This document shows, piece by piece, positions 14,410 to 28,098 of a stretch of 64,000 nt of DNA (its first letter is position 1; the number at the start of each line of letters is the position of its first letter). The notes below the pieces were generated by a model. The model saw nothing but the letters and a program-made list of their open reading frames with translations, did no database searches and was not told the DNA's origin. The stretch covers positions 6,200,001 to 6,264,000 of the forward strand of contig OX597819.1 of NCBI GenBank assembly GCA_951406725.2, in the 5' to 3' direction. Source of the stretch: Octopus vulgaris (taxonomy: Eukaryota). A program made the translations under genes and the position numbers.

Positions 14410-14821
14410 CGGATCTTTTCGGTTTGAAATCGTCACCCATAATTATGACCTAATATCGATCTATTGCATTTCAATCTATTTTAGGGTTAGGGTTAGTTAG
14501 GGCTAATTAGGGTTAGGTTTAGGGGTGGGGGAATGGTATCTTTTTTCTTCACAAATGTAAATAAACCCAATCTGTTTTTTAAACGAGAGACATATTCATA
14601 CTGCACAGAATGTTTTTTACCTCAATAGACGTCAGTGATTGGTTGAAATTGCAGAAATTGAAGAAAAGAAACAACAAATATCTTACAAACTATATAATTT
14701 TCTCAATAAAGCCAAGAGAAAAAGATGTTTTATAAACACATTCTACCAGTTTACGAAGTTTAAAATTTTTTAGTTACCTATAAATTATGTTAAAAACTGC
14801 CGTTCAAACCGAAAAGATCCG
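14410..14821. mobile_element. MITE/non-autonomous DNA element with 19 bp perfect TIRs and an internal TTAGGG-like tract
   Basis: cggatcttttcggtttgaa (14410-14428) pairs with ttcaaaccgaaaagatccg (14803-14821). ttagggttagggttag.. lies at 14481-14525. The element is absent from the opposite arm of the fold-back. Confidence 0.85.
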
Positions 14822-15667
14822 AAAAAACATATATTGCTAGGGAAGATAATTGTTCACTCAATAATTTTCCAGTAAAGGGGAGGTAAATCTGTAATTTGCA
14901 TTTTTTGTTTTTTGTGTTCTCTTCTTTATTCTGGCTTACATCCTCCATTAGATAGGGTAGGTCCTTTATTTTTAATATGGTTTCATATTTAATTCTGATT
15001 TATATTTTTTGGATAAACGAGGCTTTTTTATTCAGTCTTACTTGCGTTGAGGTCAAGAAAGCAAGTTGATAAAATAGGAAAATTTCAAATTGTGGTTGTA
15101 ATCGTTCTGCACATTAGTCAATGTGTTGACTGAGGTATATTTTGCGATATTGTGAGGAGGAAATTTATTGTTTGTGGACCGTACATCACTTTCGGTTGTT
15201 GAGCCAATATGATTTCAATGGCAACCCAAGCATCTGATTACGTAAATGAGTTTTTGAGAGGCGCAAAGGAAGTTAGATTTGATCGAATTGACGAATGTGC
15301 AGAACGATGACAACCACAATTCGAAATTTTTCCATTTTATCAACTTGCCTTCTGAACCTCAACACAAGTTAAACTGAATTGAAATGCCTTGTTTAACCAA
15401 AAATATAAACTAGAATTGAATATGAAACCATATTAGAAATAAAGGATATAGCCTATCTAATGGAAGATGTAAGCCAGAATAAAGCAGTGAACACAAAAAA
15501 AAAAACAGAAAATAAAAATTACAGATTTATCTCGCATTTACTGCAAAATAAATGAGTGAACAATTATCTCCCCTAGCAATATTTTGCCCCTAGCAATTAA
15601 TCTCTTTCAAATCTCAGTTTGATGAGCAATGCGTACTTCAATATGTTGAAGGAACAAAACTTTGTCT

Positions 15668-15877
15668 GTTTTTTTTTTTTTTTACTTGTTTCAGTCATTT
15701 GACTGCGGCCATGCTGGAGCACCGCCTTTAATCGAGCAACTCGACCCCGGGACTTATTCTTTTGTAAGCCCAGTACTTATTCTATCGGTCTCTTTTGCCG
15801 AACCGCTAAGTAACGGGGACCATAAGCACACCAGCATCGGTTGTCAAGCAATGCTAGGAGGACAAACACAGACACAT

Positions 15878-15956
<79 letters not shown>

Positions 15957-16123
15957 TACGACGGGCTTCTTTCAGTTTCCGTCTACCAAATCCACTCACA
16001 AGGCTTTGGTCGACCCGAGGCTATAGTAGAAGACACTTGCCCAAGGTGCCACGCAGTGGGACTGAACCCGGAGCCATGTGGTTGGTAAACAAGCTACTTA
16101 CCACACATCCACTCCTGCGGCTA
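15668..16123 (-). mobile_element. SINE family A, young full-length copy inserted in the fold-back arm
   Basis: Full head-to-tail match to the other family A copies. Confidence 0.92.
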
Positions 16124-16324
16124 TATGTCTTGTACAAAATTGCATAATATCTTTATCATCATGGCTCTAATATACTCTTAAATCCTGTAAAACAAATCTT
16201 CTGTGTTGTTTCATATTCTCTCTTTCTCTTATTATATCAACCACGTGTGTTTCCTCACTAAAATATTCTCTACCTTATAAACATATGTATTCCCTACTGT
16301 ATTTTCTCGGATATGGACTGTATG

Positions 16325-16650
16325 TATGTGTGTGTGTGTGTGCGTGTTTTCATTTGTGTGTATTTGTTTGTGTGTATGTGTGTGTGCTTGTTTTCATTTG
16401 TGTGTATTTGTTTGTGTGTATGTGTGTGTGCGTGTTTTCAATTGTGTGTATTTGTTTGTGTGTATGTGTGTGCGTGCACGGACGTGTGCGCGCGCCTGCG
16501 TGTATATGTGTGTATGTGATTGTGTATGTGCGTGTGAGTGTGCGTGTGTGCGCGTGTGTGTGTGTGTGCGTTTGTGTGTGTTTGTTTATCTGTATGTGTG
16601 TGCGTGAGCGGACGTGTGCGCGCGCGTGCGTGTAAATGTGTGTGTGTGTG
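16325..16650. repeat. TG-rich minisatellite (~44 bp unit x3) and TG/CG tracts
   Basis: gtgttttcatttgtgtgtatttgtttgtgtgtatg is repeated, and ggacgtgtgcgcgcgc occurs twice. Confidence 0.75.
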
Positions 16651-18261
16651 TGATGGTGGCATGCAATCAGATATTTCAGATAACCAGAGACAATCGAAGA
16701 GATTAAGTGCGAACACATGTTGATCAAGCTTTAGCAAACTGGAGTTGCATGTTTTACTTATTAAGAGGATAATAATGTAAATGCATTGCCAGGTGGATTT
16801 TTCTTATGAGATTACCTCTGTTTGGGTGTTTTACTACTCCGTTGCACAGCGAACTCAAGCATTTTTTAACGTCAACCAGCAACAAGTTGTAATATTAGTA
16901 TGTTTGTTTGTTTATGTGTATTTGCATATAAGTCTTGTCTTTTATGTGCAAACTAAATGTTTAAACATCGTTACACATGCACATGTATAGTAATTAGTTA
17001 CTTAGCAACAAAATTCTCCTTCTTTGACGCAGTTATAATGTATAAAGGAAAAGAAATGGAATCCTAAAACAGTAGTTTTTTCTTTCCTTTTCAAACAAAA
17101 TATTTAACTCACTGACTGTATCTGACAGTAGTGCAATGTTTCTATCCCATTATTCATATCATTTGGCTTGTCTTCCTCAACATTCCCTTTACATCACGTT
17201 TACAACGCCATTTATAACTTATTAAGAATCAAATTTGGTATTTGCCTTCATGTTCTGTTATCAAAACCAGTGCATTGCAGAAATAACAATAAACTTTGTA
17301 ATTTTCAACCCACGAAAAAAAATTTACAAGGTCGCAAACACGAGTACTTTACCGTGATAGATTCCACAGGCATAAAAGATCATACTTATAAGCAAACAAC
17401 AGAAACAATAAATAATTCTGATTAACGCTGACCACTGCCAGGTTATACATCATCAAAAATATGTGGAGACTAACAGCATTTGTTTGCCTTCGTCCTGAGT
17501 CCCCAACGTCCTGTGTCCACTGTGAATATCATCAGAACCTAATGGAATACCAAAAGAGAGTAAGGAAAATTTATCATAACCAGAATGTCATCATACAACG
17601 CATTTATTAAATGACTACCACAGCTTCCACAATATATTATGCGACCTCTAGGCTGCACTTAATCTTTCGATCAATTGCATTCATTGTCATTAGGCTTCCC
17701 TTGAGCTGGTCTTCCCTTGTTATACGATACCTCTACAATATCTAGCACATCTTAATATTTCGCGATACAATGAGTATATATAAACTTTTGTTTATCCTTG
17801 ATAAAAGTAAGGGTTGAAACAGCTTGACACTAATGCTGCAGATACATCCGTCAGAACTCACTGGAGGAACAAATGCTTCAAGAGGAGGAAGAAATGTCTT
17901 CATTTATCGATTCTTCTGAATCAGTATACTCTGCACTTTGTGTTTATATCCCATATAGATTAATCACGGCTTTCACCTATAGAAAATAACCAACAATGAC
18001 AACAACAGCTAGAGAGAGTAGCCATCTTCTCTGAAATATAAAAGGAAAGGCCTCATCGGATAACGTAATCAGAATACACGGTGTCCGAACAAAAAGAAAC
18101 TCCATGGACATGATTAGGATGTCTGTGGGCATAATTCTGCTTTAATTGCAGCTGACCCCAAACTAATCAATAAGGAAAGAGCAACAACAAGAATAACAAG
18201 GAAAAAATCTTAAATGATTACACCATTTCGAGGGAATTTAAAACTTCTTAATATAATAATA

Positions 18262-18330
<69 letters not shown>

Positions 18331-19292
18331 AATATATAATAATAATTTCTTATGTATAATGTTTTTCTTCATTTTTCATAGATTCCTATTGTTTTAACTA
18401 AACTGATAGAATAATTTTTTAAAAACTTGTTTTCTCTGCGGAAAATAAAGAGTCCTATTTTTTAACTTCTTAAACCTTTATTGATAGATAAGTCAATGAA
18501 TGTGAAAGTTTTTAGAGGAAAATATAATCTGAGCTTCTCTGTAAAATTTCACTCCGAAGAATATTTTCTATAACTACCATGCTGTTTGCCTTTAACTTTT
18601 GAAATCGAATAGCTCTAAAATTGTTTTGGTAAAGAATTTCATCTGCTCTGCCTATATCAGTCTTAAGAGATATCAATTTATCATTCCAAATTTCTATTTT
18701 TTGCATCGATGTTGATATGCGTGCTTTGTTTTAGTATTGTTATACTTTTTGTTATAACTATAGTTTTCTCATTTCGTTTATTATTTTTATCTTTTTTCAG
18801 TGCAAGGCCTAATTCAGAAACATGGCGACTTTCGCGTGGTAAAGATTTTGGCAGTTATTCTCTACCATCTTTTTGAAGTGATCGATCGAAGATCCGCATG
18901 ACTTCCAGATCAGACCTAATGATATTTTCTGACGCCGGTACCGGCCACATTGACCATTGATAAGATTTTCTCACGGCAATGTTTCGCAATATTAAAATAT
19001 TCCTCTTCAGTTATATTGCATGATCCGCATGATAATTTTGCAGATATAGTTTTGCTATTACTTCTTCTCTAACAATTTCTTCCAAAAAGAAAAAAAAAAA
19101 CAGAGAATATTTGAAATAAATGTAAAATAATAACACTGCGGCATATTGCTACTGATATCGAACGTCTGATCTATAGAATATTTTATACATATATATATTT
19201 TGAGGATGTTAGAAATTTTGTTATTCTCATGACATTTTGTTATTAATATTTTTGTTGTTATTACTACTGTTATTGTATATTTATTCTGTACT

Positions 19293-19475
<183 letters not shown>

Positions 19476-20854
19476 GGTTTAGTGTAGTTCCTTGTAACTA
19501 CTCTACAGAAAAAATACCTTTCATTGATGTCTCTACGGAAGGAAAAGGGATCGTTTAGCTCATAAATCAACGAGGTTTAGTTAACATAGTTGAAAATGTT
19601 CATAGTATTTTAAACCAAGAATAGAATGTCACTTTCCCATACTGATAGGACGAGACATTGAGAACTTAGCTGATATAGTCTTCCTTCATACGTGATGGAC
19701 ACCGACCTTTTTAACGCTCAATATGCGGAGTGATATCAAGAAAGTAGTACTGTTTTCTAGCTACAACTGCTTCTCTAACAACAGTAATGTTCTTGCAAAT
19801 GGTATAAAAGATCAAAACTGATCATTAATATTTCTAGACATATCTAACAAACCATTGTTCGAACCACAGACAAATAGTTGTTTCTGTATAAATTTAATAT
19901 AAACACACAAAAAAGCGATGTCTGTAACTGTGTAGCAGTATGTGGTAACATGCAAATGTATAAGAGAAAATAGGTGACCTAATAAATTTCACCAAAAATT
20001 AACTGTTGTCAAACTATGATAGGCTTAATGAAAAAAATGATAAATATGTTTTGCAATGAAATCGATAAGGTGTCAGGTTGGAATCAGAAAGAAACGACAA
20101 AGATCATAAATCATTAACGCAAAATATTGTTTTTAGCTAACGAGTTAGCTTTGCTTGTACAAGCATCCATGCTTTGCTATGCAAAGTTGTTAATTTTTGG
20201 ATGTAGATTTCTTTTTCAAAATATGTGAATTTATTCATGAACTTTTCTTCGGGATGAATAAATAATTATACCATAAAATAATTCTATTTGTCAGTTAATA
20301 CTTTTATTATTTTTCTCATCATAACTTTTCACAAAGTAACACCCCTGCTCCATATAGTTCATTATGTCTTGAAAGAATTTACCATTAATTTATCATTTTC
20401 TCCAATTTTTTCTTTTTTTATTACTCTAATACATAATATCTCTTACTTTATTTTTTGATGAAGAACCTTGCACTAAAACACAGTATTGAGTTTCATTTTC
20501 TGAGTTCTAAGTTCAAAGCAAGTCGGGATCAAATGTACATTTTATGTCTCAGCATAAATAATAAAAAAATCATTGCCATTAATGTACTCGGATCGATTCG
20601 ACCGACTAGCGACTAGACAATTTATCCGCAGATAAATTTGTGTTGGAATGAAAAATCATTATTTAATTCTTCCACTACCATTCATCCGTAAATCTATCAC
20701 TTTGCGTTCTTTTCGCTTACCATTCTCTGTACGTTTCAAATCGCCAGTATATAAACACAATTGTATAAACACAATTGCACACACAATCAAACATATAACT
20801 ATACATGAGTGCGAGTTTGTGCTAAATACCATATAATAAAATATATTGATTCAC

Positions 20855-21184
20855 TGCGATGCAGTTTATCCAAAACCGGGTATCTTATAGTCGTGATTTA
20901 TATCGAGCCCTTCTGGGTATTAGCGTGCGTCTACAATGAGTCTACGATTTAAAAAAAAAATTACCATAATTTTTTTCCATTTTAATGCATTTTTTTCGCT
21001 ATAATATAAGGGAAGTAACTCTCTAAAAATGTCTGCAATGAGTCAATGATTTAAAAAAAATTCACCATCGTTTTTTTTTCCATTTTTAATGCATTTTTTT
21101 GCTATTTTTTGGCTATAACTCTCTAAAAATGCTTATATAGTTATTTCCCTTACAAACACGAGCAACGCCGGGCGATACTGCTAG
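20855..21184 (+). mobile_element. Non-autonomous Helitron, 5'-truncated, with internal duplication
   Basis: Ends in cgagcaacgccgggcgatactgCTAG followed by T. The gtct(a/g)caatgagtc..gatttaaaaaaaa..ttttccatttt..aatgcattttttt block occurs twice. Confidence 0.8.
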
Positions 21185-21829
21185 TTTATTCTAATAATTT
21201 TCCTTACTCTTACCCCAGCTTCTCCTTACGTGCAACCTTTCGGTCAGTCGTAATGAGGTTTCTGCATAGCAGTAAGTCTGGTAGTAGCATCAGTGCGAAT
21301 GACCGGCTTCGAATTTATATGTACATACATAAGCACTTTTCTGTTTTCAAAAACATAAACATTATCATTTCAAACGATACAAATAATTACGCAGAAGTAG
21401 TTTTTAATATTTCACTTTCCTTTATTTCTTTCATGAAAATTAAAAAGGTTAATTTAGTGCAAAAACACAAGGCTTTGATCATAAATACTTTAATTGGTCT
21501 GTTTGATAACAGTGACAGTAATGACAATAATAGAGTTTCAAAAATGCTAAAAATATTTCCCTTTGAAAATTTGTTGAAAATTTATTTATTTACAACTATT
21601 TACTCAGCCACAACTAAATACAAAATAATATAAAATTAATCAGTTCTTTTTTAATTAACAAAATACAGAATAAGAAAGAAAAGAAATGAACGTTTAAATA
21701 TTTTATAACTCAACATTCCTTATGTTAGTTTCGTAGAAAGAATTCATTTCCCAAGTCTCCTATTGGTCCTTAAAACAAGCGATCATGTTACAAGGTATCT
21801 TTATATTTTACTCGTTCAATTCACAGGAC

Positions 21830-21865
21830 GATGTATGTATGTATGTATGTATGTATGTATGTATG

Positions 21866-21896
<31 letters not shown>

Positions 21897-22735
21897 GTAA
21901 GGAAGTATGTATGTAATTATTCAGCTTAATTTCAAGATGTCTTGCCAATAGAGAAAGATCTAAGGCTCCTTCATTATTTTTGTATGTATGCATGTATAAG
22001 TGCAAATTTGTATGTTTTGTTTTATGTATGTATTTTCATACATCTAGTTACATATCTAAACATGTCCAATTATATCGAAAGGATAAACTTCTGGAGATTT
22101 TCATAGTTTCAATGATATATTGGATCTGTAGTCTTCGAATTAGCTTTCTCCTTTCTGGTTTTGAGAAGCCTAGTTTCTCAAGAATGGTATTTAGGCAGTG
22201 TGTTACATATCCCAGCCAGGGCCCCAATAATTACAAATATAAACCTGAACTTATAATCTGGATGGAGTAACTGCAGATTTCTCTTAGGTATTCTCTTTTT
22301 CACTGATCTTCAGCTTTATGATAATATCGGCTGGGCAGCGAATTTCCACAACTGTACATAGTTTCTCTTCTCTAGCCAAAATCATTATATCAGGTCCGTT
22401 GTGCTTACGTTTTATTGAGGTCTTTACTGGGACATTCCATCAGCACTCCTTTTTATTATGAGTGGCTATGGCTTCTACAATACTGTGGGTTCTTATTCTT
22501 TTGTCCTCGGGGTTATCCTTCCAACGGATTTCATTATAGAGTGTCCTAGCTACAACACCATGTCTCATCGGTAGATATACCATGATGACATTTTCGGACA
22601 ACTATTTATGATGTGGTGGATATCTTCGGTGTTAACTCCACATCGGTATTAACTGCATCGGTTGTCATATTTTACTGCTTTTCTTGCATCTCTATCCCTT
22701 TTGTGCATCAAGTACTTGGTTGATATTTCCTAGGC
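21830..22735 (-). pseudogene. 3' fragment of an R4/Dong-like non-LTR retrotransposon (zinc knuckle plus restriction-like endonuclease)
   Basis: Minus-strand translation with frameshifts: EISTKYLMHKRDRD..DNRC..CGVNTEDIHHIINSCPKM..RHGVVARTLY..KHNGPDIMILAREEKLCTVVEIRCPAD..EKEN..FVIIGAL. The 3' UTR runs into (ATAC)n. Confidence 0.85.
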
Positions 22736-22767
22736 ATGCATGCACGTATGTATGTATGTATTTAAAT

Positions 22768-23215
22768 TAGCGACAGAAGAAGTGTCAATACCAAAAGTTA
22801 ATATTTGTCCCTACTTAAAAGTGGGTGATGTTTTAGAACACAAAATACTGCTGTAGTTACCACGAAAGAAACTCATATTGACATTTGGTGCATAGAAGTA
22901 CACTTGTTTACATCGCTAGCGTAAGAAAAGTCACCTGCCATCGTCACTGTCGAGACTGGCTGATCACCAGCTTTCGAGCTTCCCGTGTCATGTTAATGGA
23001 ACACGCCCACACGCTGGACATAAAATTGATAACTCTGCTGGTGATATACATAGAACTACCGTATCTAAACAGGCACTGGTGCCACGAATAGCCGGTGTGC
23101 TTATTAAAAAATAAGTATTAGCAGCAGAAGCAGTATTAATACCAGCAGAGAATAATTATTCAAACTTAAAACTGGATGTTCTGTTAGAACACAAAATACT
23201 GCGACTGTTACCATG
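22768..23215. repeat. Diverged ~95 bp direct repeats flanking a ~255 bp spacer
   Basis: cagaag.agt.t.aatacca...acttaaaa.tgg...ttagaacacaaaatactgc..gttacca at 22768-22864 and 23119-23215. Confidence 0.7.
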
Positions 23216-23539
23216 CCCTCTCGCTGCCTTCTCTATATTAAGTATATTGCGTTCAAATTTTGGCACAAGGCCTGCAGTTGGAGGAAGGATGAGAGTTGAT
23301 GACGTCAAACCCATTTCTCAACTGATCAAACGCCCAATGGATGTAACTTAAAATGTAAAAACAATCGAAATACCGCTCACTACCTTCTCCATGTTAAGTA
23401 TATTAAAATATTGGAGGCAGGAATGCAGAATTATGGTTAATTCTTCATTTCTATCTTCAGGTTCAAAAGGTGACGGGAATATATACTTGAGTTTATAATA
23501 TGCTTTAAAACAGTACCATTTATATCAAGTTATTGCTAT

Positions 23540-23670
23540 GCTATTTCTTTACGTTCTGAGTTCAAATTCCGCCGAAGTCGATTTTGCCTTTCGTCTTTGC
23601 TCGATAAATAAGTAACTGTTGAACACTGGGGTAGATATAGTCGACATATGCCAAAATTTGAAACCAATAT
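23540..23670 (+). mobile_element. SINE family D fragment
   Basis: tttacgttctgagttcaaattccgccgaagtcgattttgcctttc..gataaataagta..aacactgggg. Confidence 0.7.
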
Positions 23671-24469
23671 TGAATACAAAATCCCTAATAGAAATTTCTT
23701 AAATTTAGCCATAATTTTCTGAAATAAATAATGCCCTAACCTGTATCATCCCCCGAAATGTATTGTTTAGTACTTCTGTTTTAGACGCTGACGAAAATAA
23801 CTTGAGATATTTACTTTCATCTCTATTATCCTGAGTTTAAATCCTGTTAGGAGTCAATTTGCCTTTTATTCTTTCACAGGTCATGATATATATACCTATT
23901 GGCTCACCCACTGTGTGACATATCCTTATGACTGTGAACTGGTGCCAAAGGAAAAAATTCTCTCTGATATACCTAAGCAACAGATGTAATAATAACAACT
24001 ACATCGTAATTACTTTCAGACATTTTATTCAGATTCACAGAAAAGTACTGAGATCCTGTCATAATAATGACTGAAATCTTATCATTTCCGCTGAAATATA
24101 AAGCTTTTATGTTAATCTCGAGACTGCACAAAAGATGCACTCATATAGATTGAGACTAATAAAAACTATCACCTAACGACATCTGAAGATTAAATAGAAT
24201 ATATTTTGGAGTCATGCGTACAAGGCTAATAACAGAGGATTTTATAAGAATTGCAAATATTCAGCAAGAATGTACCTAATCGTAAAATATGAGCATACAC
24301 ACATACATGAACTGACATACACAAGCACTCGTGTGCGTGCATTCAGTCGCATGCATACATACTTATATATATGAATGTATGCATACACATATATGAGATA
24401 TATTTTTAAACGCATCTGTATATGCACCAAGCATATATGAAAGTTTATATGTGTGTGTGTGTGTGTGTG

Positions 24470-24470
24470 T

Positions 24471-24506
<36 letters not shown>

Positions 24507-24632
24507 GTAGGTAGATAGATAGATAGATAGATAGATTGATAGATAGATAGATAGATAGATAGACAGATAGATAGATAGACAGATCGATTGATAGATGGAT
24601 AGACAGATAGATAGATAGACAGATAGACAGAC

Positions 24633-24724
<92 letters not shown>

Positions 24725-24750
24725 TGTTTGATTGACTGATTGATTGATTC
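24470..24750. repeat. (GATA)n microsatellite
   Basis: Directly visible. Similar tracts at 38890-39062, 43650-43800 and 44400-44470. Confidence 0.95.
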
Positions 24751-25360
24751 TTCGGTAGATTTATTGAATAAGTACCAATACTTAAAACATATCCCGGAAG
24801 TCAGTTCGTTCCAGCACAATAACTAAAACAAAATATTAATGGAATACAAGAAAATGTATATCTGAGTGATTCACTACATTCGGGTCCCAGTTGCATTACA
24901 TCTTTAGCTACAACTCTTGCCATGGCCTCACGTCGATCCAAGACTTTTGAAGTGAAAACTGGGAAGAAAACCATTCGATGTATCTTACTATATTTGAAAG
25001 GAACTATGTTACGTAACGATATACTTCACATTAATGATTGTTTAGTTGTTCGAGGTGTATGATTGTTTAGTTGTTCGTGAAAAAAATGGTTGCCCATGCG
25101 TTGGACTCAACGGGGAACGTCCTCCATGTTTGTGTATGTATACATATGCGTTGCTTAATATCGTATGTTGCAGCGAATATGGTTTTCATTTAAATTAAAA
25201 TTTTCATTTAGATTAAATCACAATGGTGTGAAACTCACAACGCGAGACAACCTTCCAGAATCAGTAAAAAAAAAAATGTGTGTATGCATGCATGTGTGCG
25301 GTGCCCCAACATGGCCTGGCCGCAGTCAAATGATTGAAACAAGAAAAAGAATAAAATAAG

Positions 25361-25838
25361 TGTATGTACGAATGTATGCATGCATGCATGCATGCATGTA
25401 TGTATGTATGTATGTATGTATGTATGTATGTATGTATGTATGTATGTATGTATGTATGTATGTATGTACGTATGTATGTATGTATGTATGTATGTATGTA
25501 TGTATGTATGTGTGTATGTATGTATGGATGTATGTATGTATGTATGTATGTATGTATGTATGTATGTATGTATGTATGTATGTATGTATGTATGTATGTA
25601 TGTGTGTATGTATGTATGGATGTATGTATGTATGTACGTACGTATGTATGTATGTATGTATGTAGGTATGTATGTATGTATGTATGTATGTGTGTATGTA
25701 TGTATGTGTGTGTGTATGTATGTGTGTGTGTATGTATGTATGTATGTATGTATGTATGTATGTATGTGTGTATGTATGTATGTGTGTGTGTATGTATGTA
25801 TGTATGTATGTATGTATGTATGTATGTGTGTGTGTGCA
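25361..25838. repeat. (TATG)n microsatellite following a SINE A tail fragment
   Basis: Directly visible. The SINE tail fragment is at 25297-25358. Confidence 0.95.
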
Positions 25839-26431
25839 TCATATATACATATCTGCATTAACTCACTATAATTCTCAGCTTTGGTGCAAAATGTACGAGT
25901 ATAATATCTGTGTAGTCGTATGTGTGATCTAAATGGCGACTGGTTCATTGATTTGTGAACAACTTATCACAGCCGTTCTTTTTATGAAGCTAATCTGTTT
26001 GCTTTTCTTTCTTCGAAACATGAACTGTTAAAGACATGACATTGTGTTTGAACCTTTGATTGAAGAATTTAAGTAACGAACCAACATGTGGAACTGATGT
26101 CTTTAATATTGTATGTAACTAACACATCAAACAATAATATTATTAATCAAATATTGCTATACTCCTCTCTATTTATTTATTTCTGTTCTGGAATTTTTAA
26201 CATAAAGTAAAAAAAAATAATGAAATATAATGAATTGCTTAGAAACATATTTGTTCGTTTCATTGAATATTATTATTCATGTGTGAGATATTCAACTTGT
26301 CAATGATTAGTATGCATCATTAACCTAATATGTTTGTACGCAATTACTGCATAAAGAAAATACGGCAAAACAGTAACAGAATAAGTGACATTTCGTACTC
26401 ATAGTATTGTAAATATTCTAATTTTATTTCT

Positions 26432-26650
26432 AAGGCTGCGACTAGCAGAATGGTAAGCACAACGGACAAAATGAATAGCGCCGTTTCGTTCGTCGTTACA
26501 TTCTGAGATCATATTTCGCCGTGGTCGGATTTGCCTTTCATTCCTTTCTGGGTCGATAAAATAAATAGCCGTTGAGCCCTGAGATCGATGTAATCAACTT
26601 ACACCTACCCTCCAAATTTCTGGCCTTGTTCCAAAATTTGAAACCAATAT
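26432..26650 (+). mobile_element. SINE family D (Meta/LF-SINE-like central domain)
   Basis: ggctgcgactagcagaatggtaagcac..ttgcctttcattcctttctgggtcgataaaataa..gatcgatgtaatcaactt..ggccttgt. The GCCTTTCATCCTT..GGTCGATAAA motif resembles the Meta domain (recall). Confidence 0.75.
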
Positions 26651-27832
26651 TTTAGCTTTATTTCAAAGCTAAGTCAGCATAGAAGAAAATATTTTGTGGC
26701 GACTTCTTCTGTTCTGATTTCGAATACTTTGAGGTCAAGTTTGCGTTTTATGCAACCGGTACGCTAAAATACGTGCCAGTCAAGGACTTTGGATCTAAAT
26801 CCAAATATATATAAGTCACTGAGATTTTAAGCATTGTACCAATGTTAGAAGTCCAAGTTTTCATACTAATTAATGGTGGGTTAATAAAATATGAGAAGCG
26901 ATGAATAAATAGCTTGGGGTGCACAGTTTATATTCTTTATACTCTGAGAGTAAATCCCACAGTGGTCCACATAACGTCAGGGTAGATGAAACAAAAACCA
27001 ATAATATACTGACATCAATCTAATCGACTGTGCACTGCTTCGAACTTCTTCCCGCGTTTCAATGTTAGAAATCAATATTCTCACAATCGAATGACTGTCT
27101 ATAGGCAATACTATAGAGTGAAAGATTAAATACCGGTGATTAAATGTTTTATAGCCTATAGAATTGTCATTCTGCGCTATTAGTTTATTCCAACCATTGT
27201 CGAATTTTCCATTCATGCATGGGGAGCCAACAGAATAAACAAAATAAATACCCTCAATGCCATGTGGTAGATTCATTCAACTATAAATCCCGTGCAAAAA
27301 TTGGTCATATTCCTCTCTAAAAGAAATATTTCCGAGATAATATGGTGAGCGCTAACGAGCTGCTAATTCGGGTAATTGATTTGAATTAGGCAATTAGCTT
27401 CCCTTGTACCATTAAATATAGCATCGACAAAACATAATCTCTTACAGTATAAACGCTTGTCTTGAGTCGTAACTTATCGCCGATGGAATGGGAAAAGTTA
27501 AAATATAATCTTGAAACTGAAAAATAACTGGACATACATTCGTTTCCTATCAGCTTCTTATCTGTCTTTTTAGAACACCATGCTGAAATGTGTAAAATCA
27601 GACGGATCTTTGCGGTTGCTTAACCTGATAGAAACAGCAGTGAAATATTCCGCAAATCAGAATCTTACCGACTCTGAAAAAGAAAGAAGCTTCGAAAACT
27701 GGTTTTCAAAGCACAATGCATTATGGCCATGGTTGGAACACCTTTAATGAGAGGCCTGCTCATTGACTAAATTTCAAGTACTATGATTAATGCAACTAAC
27801 TATATTAAGTGTTTATTACAAGCTTAATCTGA

Positions 27833-28098
27833 AGGCGCGTGGACTAGTGGTTAGAGTATTGTACTCCTGATCGCTAGGTCATGGGTTCGATTCTAAGGCC
27901 GAGTGGCGCCTTGTGTTCTTGGGCAAAACACTTCATTTCACGGTGTTTCAGTCAACTCAGCTACAAATTGTAACCCTACCTGCGGAGTAGTAGCCTACCG
28001 ACCTGGGAAAATGTTGGCCTGCTCGCCTTGTCAGCGGGGTACCATCGATCGAAAGTTAAAATGATGCAAAGCGCATTGTGACCAGCGATCACGTGATA
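27833..28098 (+). mobile_element. SINE with family C head and RTE-type tail
   Basis: ggcgcgtggactagtggttag..gggttcgattc..ttgtgttcttgggcaaaacacttcatttcac..gcgcattgtgaccagcgatcacgtgata. Confidence 0.8.

Larger units (their letters stand above)
14213..16237. repeat. Old long fold-back (~500 bp arms, ~165 bp spacer), each arm interrupted by a later insertion
   Basis: 14822-15122 is the reverse complement of 15287-15580, 14311-14409 of 15580-15665, and 14213-14315 of 16128-16237. Confidence 0.85.

Noticed and set aside
14481-14525. True telomere or chromosome-fusion scar
   Set aside because: Short, degenerate and internal to a TIR-bounded element
17430-17900. Possible decayed LINE RT on the minus strand
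   Set aside because: Only vague similarity, and catalytic motifs were not recoverable
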